From the NCBI GenBank assembly GCA_016186715.1, contig JACPLA010000085.1, positions 1-60,238 on the forward strand: a stretch of 60,238 bases of DNA, read 5' to 3'. The translations under genes and the position numbers were made by a program. Below are positions 18,176-27,598 of this stretch, one piece after another. Each line of letters starts with the position of its first letter. Position 1 is the first letter of the stretch. This DNA is from Ignavibacteriales bacterium. GTDB lineage: Bacteria > Bacteroidota > Ignavibacteria > UBA10030. The notes under the pieces are model-generated. The model made no database searches, was not told the origin of the DNA, and worked only from the letters and a program-made list of their open reading frames with translations.

Positions 18176-19707
18176 CTGACAGCAAGAAAAAGAAGGACAT
18201 TGAAACTACGGACTCCGAAGACCTGAATGTTCTCATGAGGCGCAGGAGGGAAGAACTGGTAGAACTTCGAAAGATGGGCATCGACCCATACCCGCCCGGA
18301 TTCGAGGCAACGGATTCTTCAGCCAAAATCATCGAGTCCTTCAAGGACGAAGAACCCGCTCGCACGGTTTCTGTCGCTGGGAGGATCATGACAATCCGCA
18401 GGATGGGAAAGGCCTCCTTTTGTCATATCCAGGATTCTTCGGGAAAAATCCAGATTTATCTCAAAAAAGACGATCTGGGAAACACCTACGATGCGTTCAG
18501 GCTTATGGATATCGGCGATGTCATCGGAGTGAAGGGATTTATTTTCCGGACAAAAATGGGCGAGGTCTCCGTCCATGCCCGGGAACTGGTGTTGCTTGCA
18601 AAGTCGCTGCGTCCGCTGCCAGTGGTCAAGGAAAAGGTGGACGAGAATGGAAACAAGGTTGTGTATGACCCCCTCTCAGACAAAGAACTTCGCTATCGTC
18701 AGCGTTATGTTGATTTGATCGTTAACAAAGATGTTCGTGAAGTCTTCGTGAAGCGTGCTGCCATTATCAGGACGATAAGGAATTTCCTTGATCAACGGAA
18801 TTACCTGGAAGTGGAAACGCCGATCCTTCAACCGGTGTACGGCGGAGCCTCGGCGCGCCCCTTCCTGACTCACCATAATGCCCTCGACATCAATCTCTAT
18901 CTGCGCATCGCCGATGAGCTGTACCTCAAACGGCTGATTGTCGGGGGCTATGACGGCGTGTATGAATTCGCGAAGGATTTTCGTAACGAGGGGATGGATC
19001 GGGCCCATAATCCCGAGTTCACGATGTTGGAACTGTATGTGGCTTTCAAGGACTACCTCTGGATGATGAACCTTGTCGAAGATCTCATCTCGCACGTGGC
19101 GTTGACCGTCAACGGGACGCCGGTGGTGAAGGTAGGAAAAACGCAGATCGACTTCACGCGCCCGTGGAAGAAAATGACGATGTTTGGCGCGATCAAAGAA
19201 TACACGGGACGGGACTTGCGGGGAAAAAGCGAGGAGGAGCTGAAGCGAATTGCCGACGATCTTCACCTCGAAATCGACCGAAACCTCGGAATCGGCACCA
19301 TTATCAACGGGATTTTCAGTGAACGCGTGGAACCACATTTGACTCAGCCCACGTTCATCGCCGATTATCCGATCGAGATGTCCCCGCTGGCGAAGAAACA
19401 CCGCACGGAAGAGGGCTTGGTGGAGCGGTTTGAATTGATCGTCAACGGGCAGGAAATCTGCAACGCCTTTTCAGAATTAAACGACCCTTTGGATCAACGA
19501 AAGCGGTTCGAAGAACAGATGAAACTCCGTGCCCGCGGCGATGAGGAAGCTCAGGTGCTCGACGAGGATTACCTCCGGGCTCTCGAATACGGCATGCCAC
19601 CCGCCGCAGGCCTGGGGATCGGCATTGACCGGCTCACCATGCTTTTGACGGGACAGGACTCGATCCGGGACGTCGTCTTTTTTCCGCAAATGAAACCCGA
19701 GCGGTAA
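18172..19707 (+). CDS. lysS: Lysine--tRNA ligase (class II)
   Basis: [28 protein letters not shown] and [16 protein letters not shown] motifs. Confidence 0.98.
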   Translation: MTDSKKKKDIETTDSEDLNVLMRRRREELVELRKMGIDPYPPGFEATDSSAKIIESFKDEEPARTVSVAGRIMTIRRMGKASFCHIQDSSGKIQIYLKKDDLGNTYDAFRLMDIGDVIGVKGFIFRTKMGEVSVHARELVLLAKSLRPLPVVKEKVDENGNKVVYDPLSDKELRYRQRYVDLIVNKDVREVFVKRAAIIRTIRNFLDQRNYLEVETPILQPVYGGASARPFLTHHNALDINLYLRIADELYLKRLIVGGYDGVYEFAKDFRNEGMDRAHNPEFTMLELYVAFKDYLWMMNLVEDLISHVALTVNGTPVVKVGKTQIDFTRPWKKMTMFGAIKEYTGRDLRGKSEEELKRIADDLHLEIDRNLGIGTIINGIFSERVEPHLTQPTFIADYPIEMSPLAKKHRTEEGLVERFELIVNGQEICNAFSELNDPLDQRKRFEEQMKLRARGDEEAQVLDEDYLRALEYGMPPAAGLGIGIDRLTMLLTGQDSIRDVVFFPQMKPER

Positions 19708-19912
19708 GATTCAGCTCCCGGGATTAACGAGCTTCCGTCGGTACTTCGAGGCCAGAGCTTTGGTTGATACTGTGAATGCCGCGAGGGTGCTTTTTCAAAT
19801 GGGCGGCTCGTGTCACGGAACCCGGATCCTAGGATCCCCAGGCGGCCGTCCGGGCAGCGGGACTCCATTTCTAAACAGCCGGAAGCCAAAAAGCGGTTCC
19901 TTCGGAGAATGA

Positions 19913-22045
19913 ATGAAAACGATTAATTTGATACTGGGGATCCATAATCATCAGCCCATCGGGAACTTCGATTCTGTACTGGAACATGCGTTTGAACATT
20001 CCTATCAACCCTTCTTGAACTTACTGGAGCGGTATCCTCAAATCAGACTGTCCCAGCATTATTCAGGGATATTGCTTGAGTGGATCGGCTCGCACCGTCC
20101 GGAAATGTTGAAGCAGGTTCGCAGAATGGTGCGGAACCGGCAGATTGAAATGATGGGCGGAGCCTATTATGAGGCTATTCTCTCCATCATTCCCGACGAC
20201 GACAAAATGTGCCAGCTGCAGAAATTATCCGGAACGATCCGGAAGCTCTTTGGCGAGGCTCCCCGGGGGATGTGGCTGGCGGAACGTGTGTGGGAACAGC
20301 ATCTGGCGCGTTTCATCGCAGATGCCGGGCTGCAGTACATCGTTGTTGATGACACGCATTTCAAGTGCGCCGGATTTTCAGATGAAGAACTCCTTGGATA
20401 TTACATTACCGAAGAACAAGGAAAAACGGTCGCGATTTTCCCGATCAGCAAAACGCTCCGATACACCGTCCCCTTTCAGCCAGTCCAGAATACGATCGAG
20501 TACCTGCGTTCGCTGGCAACCGAGGAAGGAGATCGGATCGTGGTGTTCGCCGACGACGGAGAGAAATTCGGTGTTTGGCCGAAGACGTTCGAGCATGTCT
20601 ATAAAAACGGCTGGTTGGAGGATTTTTTCAAGGCTCTGTCGGAAAACAGCGATTGGATCAAGATTCAACATTTCAGCGAAGCGATTGCCCGTTTTCCGGC
20701 GGCCGGCCGAACGTATCTTCCCAACGCGTCGTACGCTGAAATGATGCACTGGGCGTTGCCGTCTCACCATTTTTCCCTTTATGAGGAGTTCGAAAACATT
20801 CTGAAGAACCAGGGCCTGCTCGAGAGATTCGAGTCGTTTTTCAAGGGTGGTTTCTGGAGGAATTTCTTGGTGAAGTACCCGGAAACCAATACGATGCATA
20901 AGAAGATGATGAGGGTATCCCAGCGTGCGCATCGATTGTCGCAAATGCGGAAAAACGTCCCTGTGCGAACAATGGAGAGAGTGTGGACGGCGCAGTGCAA
21001 CGATGCGTACTGGCACGGCGTGTTTGGTGGCCTGTACTTGCCCGTTCTGAGGTACCCGATCTATCACAATCTGATCGCGGCGGAAACAGATCTCGACAAG
21101 ATCGAGGGGCGAACGGGAATAGCAGTTGAGGTGACTGATTTCGACTGCGACGGTCAAACGGAAGTCCTTGTGGAAACCCCTCGACTCAATTGTTATTTCA
21201 AGCCGGATTCCGGCGGGATGATGTTCGAACTTGATTTTAAGCCCATTTCCCTTAATTTACTTGATATCGTCTCCCGCCGGGAAGAAGGATATCACCACAA
21301 ACTGACCCAGGCACAACATGGCGGTGGGGGTGATGTTGCCAGTATCCATGATCTTGTCGTGGCGAAGGAGCAGGGGTTGGAGAATCATCTGCATTACGAT
21401 TGGCATCGCCGGGGATCGCTGATCGATCACTTCTTCGGGCCGCGAACGACCCTTGAGGATGTGTGGCGGAATAAGTATGAGGAAGAGGGAGACTTTGTCA
21501 ACAAGCCTTATCGCTTCACGTCCAAAAAGTCCGGCCGACAGCAGAAGCTGAGCTTCGCCCGCAACGGTGCGGTGTGGAGAGACGATCGTCCCCACCATCT
21601 TGAACTCCGTAAAACGATTTCCTTGTCTCCGAATGGAAACGATCTGGAGATCGAGTACGTCCTCAAGAACCAGGAGGCGGTGCCCTTCGATATTTGGTTT
21701 GGGATTGAGTTCAACGTGGGATTACAGGCGGGAAATGCCCCGGACCGGTACTACTATGTGCCCGGAGGCAAACTTTCCGAGCCGGAACTGCGTAGTAAAG
21801 GGGAGGTTCGCGAAACCCGGCTGCTTGGAGTTCGGGATGAGTGGCTTGGAATCGATGTCGCGATCGATGTCGGAACTTCCACTACGTTCTGGCGTTTTCC
21901 TTTAGAGACGATTTCGCTCTCTGAATCGGGTTTTGAGCGGATTTATCAGAGTTCGGTCCTTCTTCCGCATTGGAAGGTTCGGCTCGAAAAGACATGGAAG
22001 TGTTCCCTCGTGCAGAGGATTCGAACGGCCAAGGAGAAAGGATGA
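19913..22045 (+). CDS. GH57 alpha-amylase/4-alpha-glucanotransferase (DUF1925/DUF1926)
   Basis: HNHQP, GMWLAERVWE, DDGEKFG and QCNDAYWHGVFGG motifs. Confidence 0.93.
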   Translation: MKTINLILGIHNHQPIGNFDSVLEHAFEHSYQPFLNLLERYPQIRLSQHYSGILLEWIGSHRPEMLKQVRRMVRNRQIEMMGGAYYEAILSIIPDDDKMCQLQKLSGTIRKLFGEAPRGMWLAERVWEQHLARFIADAGLQYIVVDDTHFKCAGFSDEELLGYYITEEQGKTVAIFPISKTLRYTVPFQPVQNTIEYLRSLATEEGDRIVVFADDGEKFGVWPKTFEHVYKNGWLEDFFKALSENSDWIKIQHFSEAIARFPAAGRTYLPNASYAEMMHWALPSHHFSLYEEFENILKNQGLLERFESFFKGGFWRNFLVKYPETNTMHKKMMRVSQRAHRLSQMRKNVPVRTMERVWTAQCNDAYWHGVFGGLYLPVLRYPIYHNLIAAETDLDKIEGRTGIAVEVTDFDCDGQTEVLVETPRLNCYFKPDSGGMMFELDFKPISLNLLDIVSRREEGYHHKLTQAQHGGGGDVASIHDLVVAKEQGLENHLHYDWHRRGSLIDHFFGPRTTLEDVWRNKYEEEGDFVNKPYRFTSKKSGRQQKLSFARNGAVWRDDRPHHLELRKTISLSPNGNDLEIEYVLKNQEAVPFDIWFGIEFNVGLQAGNAPDRYYYVPGGKLSEPELRSKGEVRETRLLGVRDEWLGIDVAIDVGTSTTFWRFPLETISLSESGFERIYQSSVLLPHWKVRLEKTWKCSLVQRIRTAKEKG

Positions 22046-22049
22046 AACC

Positions 22050-23693
22050 ATGAAGAAGAGATTTTCCATGTTCACGGTCTCGGCGCTCGTGATCGTCAGT
22101 TTGTTTGCCGGCATGCAGATCAACGAATTGATTTCAGGGGACGACATCTATGCACAGCTTGGCAAATTCAAGGATGTCCTCGTCCTGACTGAAAAATACT
22201 ATATCGACGAAGTCAGCACGACAGAGCTGACGGAGGCTGCCGTGACAGGGCTGCTGGAGAAACTGGATCCTCATTCAGTGTACATCGCGCCAAGAACCTT
22301 CGAGCGTGTGACAGAGGAATTCAAAGGGAAGTACGAAGGAATCGGAATTTCATTCCGGATTCTCAATGACACTATTACCGTTCTCGAGACAATCGGCGGC
22401 GGGCCATCGGCAAGGCTTGGCATTCTGTCAAACGATCGCATTGTCAAGATCGACGATCGGTCGGCCATCAAATTCGATGAAACGCAGGTTCAGAAGAGCC
22501 TGCGGGGCCCCAAGGGGACTCGGGTCAGCGTGACGATCGTTCGCCCGGGAACTCCAGAGCCGCTGGTCTATGAAATTACCCGTGACGAGATCTCTTTGGC
22601 GAGCATCGACGCTGCGTTTATGATCAACGACGACGTCGGCTACATCCAGGCCAACAAATTCAACGAGCAGACCCATGCGGAAATCCAACGCTCCTTGAAC
22701 AAGCTGAAAGAACAGGGGATGAAACGACTGGTATTGGATTTGCGCTGGAATCCAGGGGGGTATCTCGATCAGGCGGTCAAAATGACGGACCTGTTTCTCG
22801 ACGGAGGGACGAAGGAGAATCCGAGAAAAATTGTGTACACCAAGGCGCGCAGGTCGGAATTCGACGAAACCTTCGTGGCCTCCACGGGTGAGCCGTTCGA
22901 GAAGCTTCCGGTGATTGTTCTGATTAATCACGGCTCGGCGAGCGCAAGCGAGATTGTTGCCGGCGCCATTCAGGACTGGGACCGGGGTCTGGTTGTCGGG
23001 GAAACGAGTTTCGGGAAAGGACTGGTGCAGCGTCAATGGCCGCTGTCGGACGGCTCGGCACTTCGCCTGACCATCGCGAAATACTACACGCCTAGCGGAC
23101 GGCTGATTCAACGGGCCTACGAGGGAAAAGACAGGTCGGAATATCAGCGTGAGGCCTATGAGCGGAACGAGGAAGAAGGATACAATGTGGAACATGACCT
23201 CGACACGCCAATTTCCCAGGATTCGGCGAGGCCGGTCTTTAAAACGCAGAGCGGCCGTGTCGTGTACGGGGGCGGTGGAATTACTCCGGATTATATTGTG
23301 AAAGATAATTATCTGACTCAGACCACGGCCAATATCAGGCGAAGAGACCTTTTTGTCGCCTACACATCCTCCTATCTCACGGGAGAGGGTCTCTCTTTCC
23401 GGTCAACCTATGGGAACAACCTGAAGGACTTTCAGAAGTCATACAAGGTGTCCGAAGGAATGGTGAAGGAATTCAAGATGTTCGTTGAATCGAAGGGTGT
23501 GACCGTCGATGAAAAGGATTTTCAAAAGGACTTAGAATACATCAAGTCAGCACTGAAGGCGAATATCGCCCAGAGTCTCTGGGGCCGCGAAGGGATGGTT
23601 TCCATTTATCTGGAAACTGACAAGCAAATTCAGAAGGCTCTGACACTCTTTCCCGAAGCGGAAAAGATCGCAGGACTGCACTTGACCCGATGA
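22050..23693 (+). CDS. ctpA: S41 carboxyl-terminal processing protease
   Basis: LDPHS, PDZ domain, DLRWNPGG, SASASEI and SFGKG motifs. Confidence 0.93.
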   Translation: MKKRFSMFTVSALVIVSLFAGMQINELISGDDIYAQLGKFKDVLVLTEKYYIDEVSTTELTEAAVTGLLEKLDPHSVYIAPRTFERVTEEFKGKYEGIGISFRILNDTITVLETIGGGPSARLGILSNDRIVKIDDRSAIKFDETQVQKSLRGPKGTRVSVTIVRPGTPEPLVYEITRDEISLASIDAAFMINDDVGYIQANKFNEQTHAEIQRSLNKLKEQGMKRLVLDLRWNPGGYLDQAVKMTDLFLDGGTKENPRKIVYTKARRSEFDETFVASTGEPFEKLPVIVLINHGSASASEIVAGAIQDWDRGLVVGETSFGKGLVQRQWPLSDGSALRLTIAKYYTPSGRLIQRAYEGKDRSEYQREAYERNEEEGYNVEHDLDTPISQDSARPVFKTQSGRVVYGGGGITPDYIVKDNYLTQTTANIRRRDLFVAYTSSYLTGEGLSFRSTYGNNLKDFQKSYKVSEGMVKEFKMFVESKGVTVDEKDFQKDLEYIKSALKANIAQSLWGREGMVSIYLETDKQIQKALTLFPEAEKIAGLHLTR

Positions 23694-24556
23694 TCATTCT
23701 TTTGCGCTTCGCGCTCGTCATTTCTGTCCACCTGGTCGTTGCCGTCCTCCTCCGAGCGGGGACGTACGGGTTGAAGGGAAACGTTGAAGGGCAACCCGTC
23801 CCCGTCTCTCGGCAATCGGAGTCTGCGATGCTTGTGGTCGGAGAGGAACTTGAATATAAGGTCTCCTATTCCTTTTTCCATCTCGGCAAAATCGTCATCA
23901 AGGTAATTGACCGGCAGGAACGCAACGGTCGGGTGATCTATCGGGCACAGGCTATCATCGATTCTGCCCCCAGCCTCCCGTTTGTCGATTTGCATATCAG
24001 GTTCGAGAGCGAATTCGACTCAGATCTGTATTCCTACATGTGGACGGCGGAAGACAGCACGAAGAAAGAGATCCTTGTTCGACGCCTGGTCTTCGATTAC
24101 GACAGCAGCCGCGTATTTGCCGAAAAAGGGAAGAAGAACCCTGACGGGAGTTTTGCGGTGGAGCATATTGACACCGTAAAGATCACGGATCACTGTCAAG
24201 ACGGGCTTTCCCTGTTCTATTTCGCCCGTGCCCGATTCCGGCAGCAAGGGCAAATGAACGTTCCAACCTTCATTGAGAAAGAACAGGTGAATACGTTTTT
24301 CAACTTTGCCAACGAGCAGGATGAGGAGGAGGTTGATGCGATCCAGTATCCCGTCGAAGTAGTCTTGTTCGACGGACGCGCCGATTTCGTCGGGGTCTTT
24401 GGGCTGACAGGGGGATTCCGGGGACGGTTCAGCAACGACAGTGCCGGCGTTCCCATTGTTGCCAGAATGAACGTCATTCTGGGAAGCATCAAAGTGCAGT
24501 TGGACAGGTGGCATCGGCCAGGATGGTTGGCGCCGAAGTATCGTGAGGGAAACTAA
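23690..24556 (+). CDS. DUF3108-like secreted beta protein
   Basis: Signal peptide, GEELEYKVSY and C-terminal SND..PI..GSIKV pattern. Confidence 0.65.
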   Translation: MIILLRFALVISVHLVVAVLLRAGTYGLKGNVEGQPVPVSRQSESAMLVVGEELEYKVSYSFFHLGKIVIKVIDRQERNGRVIYRAQAIIDSAPSLPFVDLHIRFESEFDSDLYSYMWTAEDSTKKEILVRRLVFDYDSSRVFAEKGKKNPDGSFAVEHIDTVKITDHCQDGLSLFYFARARFRQQGQMNVPTFIEKEQVNTFFNFANEQDEEEVDAIQYPVEVVLFDGRADFVGVFGLTGGFRGRFSNDSAGVPIVARMNVILGSIKVQLDRWHRPGWLAPKYREGN

Positions 24557-24558
24557 GG

Positions 24559-25068
24559 GTGATTGTTGCCTACCAGGGGATATCGCCAAAAGTTCATGAC
24601 ACAGTCTTCATGGCGCCGGGCGCATCCATTGTCGGCGACGTGGAAATCGGAGCCCGATGCAGCGTCTGGTTCAATGCCGTGATCCGTGGAGATGTGAACA
24701 CGATTCGGATCGGCGAGGAGACCAACATTCAGGATAACGCCGTGCTGCATGTTACTCACCAAACCCATCCCCTCCGTATCGGATCCCGCGTTACGATCGG
24801 GCACGGCGCCATCGTACACGGTGCAACGGTGGGTGATTGCTGCCTGATCGGCATGGGAGCGCGCGTTCTCGACGGAGCCGTTTTGAGTCCCTACAGTTTT
24901 GTTGCCGCTGGCTCACTGGTTCTCGAGGGATTTGAAGTACCGGAAGGGGTGCTGATAGCCGGCCTTCCGGCCAGGGTCAGGAGGGCGCTGACGAACGAAG
25001 AACGGGAAAAACTGCTGCAATCCGCAAAAAGCTATGTTCAATACGCTGAATCGTATCTTCGGAGCTAG
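24559..25068 (+). CDS. Gamma carbonic anhydrase family protein
   Basis: VWFNAVIRGD, NIQDNAVLH and TIGHGAIVHG hexapeptide repeats. Confidence 0.95.
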   Translation: MIVAYQGISPKVHDTVFMAPGASIVGDVEIGARCSVWFNAVIRGDVNTIRIGEETNIQDNAVLHVTHQTHPLRIGSRVTIGHGAIVHGATVGDCCLIGMGARVLDGAVLSPYSFVAAGSLVLEGFEVPEGVLIAGLPARVRRALTNEEREKLLQSAKSYVQYAESYLRS

Positions 25069-25071
25069 CCC

Positions 25072-25971
25072 ATGAATGTGAAATTCTGGGGAGTTCGGGG
25101 ATCCATCCCAACGCCGGGGAAACATACAGTCCGCTACGGTGGAAATACGCCGTGCGTGGAGGTGAGGCTTGACCAGGAGGAATTGATTATTTTGGACGCG
25201 GGAACCGGCATCAGGAATCTTGGAGACCAGCTGATCAACAATGGTGAATCGCTCAAGGCGTATCTTTTGGTCACCCATCCGCATTGGGACCACATCCAGG
25301 GCTTTCCCTTCTTCAAGCCTGCGTTCATCTCCGGCAATGAACTGACTATTGTGGGAACGGAGAGAAAGGACAAATTGTTGAGCGAGATTATTGCAGAGCA
25401 AATGAATCGGATTTACTTTCCTGTTCAATTGCAGGATCTGCAGGCGAAGATCAGGTTCATCCCCGTGAAGGAAGAGCAGGAAATTGAGGTGTTCGATGCG
25501 CGCGTGCGCATCATCTACGTGAATCACCCGGGGTTTACCGTCGGCTACCGTATCGAATACAAAGGGAAGTCGCTTGTCTACATCAGCGACAACGAACCGT
25601 TTGACCGCTCAGTGGCTCCCTCGCTGATGAATGTGGAAGCCGTCGTCAAGGAAAAGTACAGTGGTGCTGGCGGTGATCCAAACCAGCGTGTGTATGACTT
25701 CTGCCAGGATACCGATGTGCTCATTCATGACACAACCTATACCCCGGAAGAGTACATCGATCGGGTTGGGTGGGGCCACTCGCATTACCTCTTCACGGTC
25801 CGCATTGCCGCTGAAGCGAATGTCAAGAAGCTGTATCTCTTCCATCACGATCAGAACCACAGTGATGACAAAGTGGACGACATTCTGAGAAAATGCAAGA
25901 AGGAAGTAAAAAGCCGGGGATACAAGTTCCAGTGTGAGGCGGCAATTGAAAACGCCGACTTTACGATGTAA
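25072..25971 (+). CDS. MBL-fold metallo-hydrolase (RNase Z/phosphodiesterase-like)
   Basis: GGNTPCVEV, DAGTG, THPHWDHIQG, GWGHS and FHHD motifs. Confidence 0.92.
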   Translation: MNVKFWGVRGSIPTPGKHTVRYGGNTPCVEVRLDQEELIILDAGTGIRNLGDQLINNGESLKAYLLVTHPHWDHIQGFPFFKPAFISGNELTIVGTERKDKLLSEIIAEQMNRIYFPVQLQDLQAKIRFIPVKEEQEIEVFDARVRIIYVNHPGFTVGYRIEYKGKSLVYISDNEPFDRSVAPSLMNVEAVVKEKYSGAGGDPNQRVYDFCQDTDVLIHDTTYTPEEYIDRVGWGHSHYLFTVRIAAEANVKKLYLFHHDQNHSDDKVDDILRKCKKEVKSRGYKFQCEAAIENADFTM

Positions 25972-25972
25972 C

Positions 25973-26001
25973 TTGACAATCAGGGTCAACGGTGCTATAT
26001 T
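25973..26001 (+). promoter_or_regulatory. Strong sigma70-type promoter
   Basis: TTGACA-N17-TATATT with extended TG. Confidence 0.75.
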
Positions 26002-26007
26002 CCACAA

Positions 26008-26169
26008 GATGTCGACGGGCAAACACTGTGGTGTCCGCCGGCCAACCCGGACACGATGTGGAGGATTCAACAGAATCGCTTGCGGTAGACAGTCAATATT
26101 CTTTTCAGTCTCACCCCCGACTCGCATTGGTGTCCGATCGTTAAAGACGAGAGCGGGGATTTTTATTTT
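26008..26169 (+). ncRNA. Candidate structured leader RNA / attenuator
   Basis: Hairpins gtgtccg/cggacac and gattc/gaatc; ccccg..ctcg/cgag..cgggg stem followed by a U-rich tract; matches no family I recognise. Confidence 0.35.
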
Positions 26170-26186
26170 CTTCCTGAGGGTTGCCC

Positions 26187-26717
26187 ATGTCGTTTGAACT
26201 GAAAGAATCAGACATCCGGAAGATCGCCGGAGTTCTCGGCGTTGAACCCACAGTGAACGGTCGGGCGGTCCGCTACGAGCTTGAAAACCGGGATCAGGGG
26301 CGTAAACTCGCCCTCGAGATTTACAACGGCATTGCCATTGGGAAGCGGAAGGGAACCTTGGTGTCGGTGTACACGCCGACGGCCCATCTGCAGCTTCACT
26401 TTTGCACCGGCTACGTTATCAGCGAAATGCTGGGCGAGCTGACTTTCGTGGGAGAAGCCGGCGGCAAGCTTTCAGGATTGACCGTCGAACGGGAAGGAGG
26501 ATGTTCCCTGTACGCCAATGTCGATCGTGAAATCCTCTCGGGAGATTTTACGACGCTCGGACCCGAAGTGATGATGTCCGGAATTGCCCTGTCTCTGACA
26601 GAAGAAGTTCTTCCCCGGGTGTCCGAGCCGACGGGGAAGGAAAAAAGTCTCAAGGCGCGGCCGGTGCGAAAAACCGGCCGGGCGAAAACAAAGGGAGCCC
26701 GCCGCGCAATACGATGA
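26187..26717 (+). CDS. Hypothetical protein with basic C-terminal tail
   Basis: Clean ORF downstream of a promoter; stop overlaps ybeY start (ATGA). Confidence 0.8.
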   Translation: MSFELKESDIRKIAGVLGVEPTVNGRAVRYELENRDQGRKLALEIYNGIAIGKRKGTLVSVYTPTAHLQLHFCTGYVISEMLGELTFVGEAGGKLSGLTVEREGGCSLYANVDREILSGDFTTLGPEVMMSGIALSLTEEVLPRVSEPTGKEKSLKARPVRKTGRAKTKGARRAIR

Positions 26718-27127
26718 TCAACGTCTCCCACCAGCATCCGGTCCGCCGCTTTCCCGTTCGGGAAACCATTCGGACAGTGAAGATTGTTCTTGAAGAGGAA
26801 TCACGAACCGCAATGAGGATTTCGGTGGTATTCACGAATGATCGGTTTATTCAAAGCATCAACCGCCGATTTCTTGACCACAACTCAGCCACTGATGTTC
26901 TTGCATTTCCTTTGGGACACGATGCAGGCGCTGAAGCGGAGTTATTCGTGAATCTGGACAGCGCGAAGCGTCAGTCGAAACAGTATGGCGTTTCATACCA
27001 TGAAGAAGTACGACGGCTTCTGATTCATGGGGTGTTGCACGTGATGGGGTACCGGGATTCGACCAGGCGCCAGCGCATGGGAATGCATCGGTGGGAAAAC
27101 AAATATCTCCAACAACTTCAAACTTGA
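26714..27127 (+). CDS. ybeY: rRNA maturation RNase YbeY
   Basis: NRRFL..TDVLAF and LIHGVLHVMGYRD motifs. Confidence 0.92.
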   Translation: MINVSHQHPVRRFPVRETIRTVKIVLEEESRTAMRISVVFTNDRFIQSINRRFLDHNSATDVLAFPLGHDAGAEAELFVNLDSAKRQSKQYGVSYHEEVRRLLIHGVLHVMGYRDSTRRQRMGMHRWENKYLQQLQT

Positions 27128-27133
27128 GGTAGG

Positions 27134-27589
27134 ATGTACGAACGAGTGGTCGAGATCATCATGTTCCTGGTCAATGAGCTGAAATCGAGCAAACAGCTCA
27201 GTGAGGTTGATGTAGCCGTCCTTTCGAACAACGGATACACGGCGAGCGAAATCTCGACGGCGTTTTCCTGGCTGTTTGAACGAATGAACGTCGGCCAGGC
27301 CATGGTCGAACAGTCCGAGGCGAATCCCGCATCTCACAGAATTCTGCATGATGTGGAGAAGATGGTCATTTCGCCTGAAGCGTACGGATACTTGCTGCAG
27401 GCCCAACAGTTCAAGATTCTCACAAACAGCGACATTGAGACGATTATCGAGCGAATCATGGCGGCCGGTTTTTCCACCGTCGGAATTCCGGAGATGAAAT
27501 CCTTCATTGCTGGGATGCTTTTTGATACGGACAGCCAACAGGGATCCGGCGGACGAATTTCCTGGGGAAGCAACGATTCAGTTCACTAA
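27134..27589 (+). CDS. smg: DUF494/Smg family protein
   Basis: GYTASEISTAFSWL, RILH..E and C-terminal VH; upstream of topA. Confidence 0.8.
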   Translation: MYERVVEIIMFLVNELKSSKQLSEVDVAVLSNNGYTASEISTAFSWLFERMNVGQAMVEQSEANPASHRILHDVEKMVISPEAYGYLLQAQQFKILTNSDIETIIERIMAAGFSTVGIPEMKSFIAGMLFDTDSQQGSGGRISWGSNDSVH

Positions 27590-27598
27590 CGCGCGCAC

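Noticed and set aside
26009-26197. 62-aa leader ORF (MSTGKHCG...) and a c-di-GMP-I-like gggcaaac start
   Set aside because: No recognisable leader-peptide composition; the remaining c-di-GMP-I consensus (GACGCAAA, second stem) is absent
27020-27060. YbeY lacking the third His (HGVLHVMGYRD)
   Set aside because: Asp at this position is a familiar Bacteroidota variant, not evidence of a pseudogene
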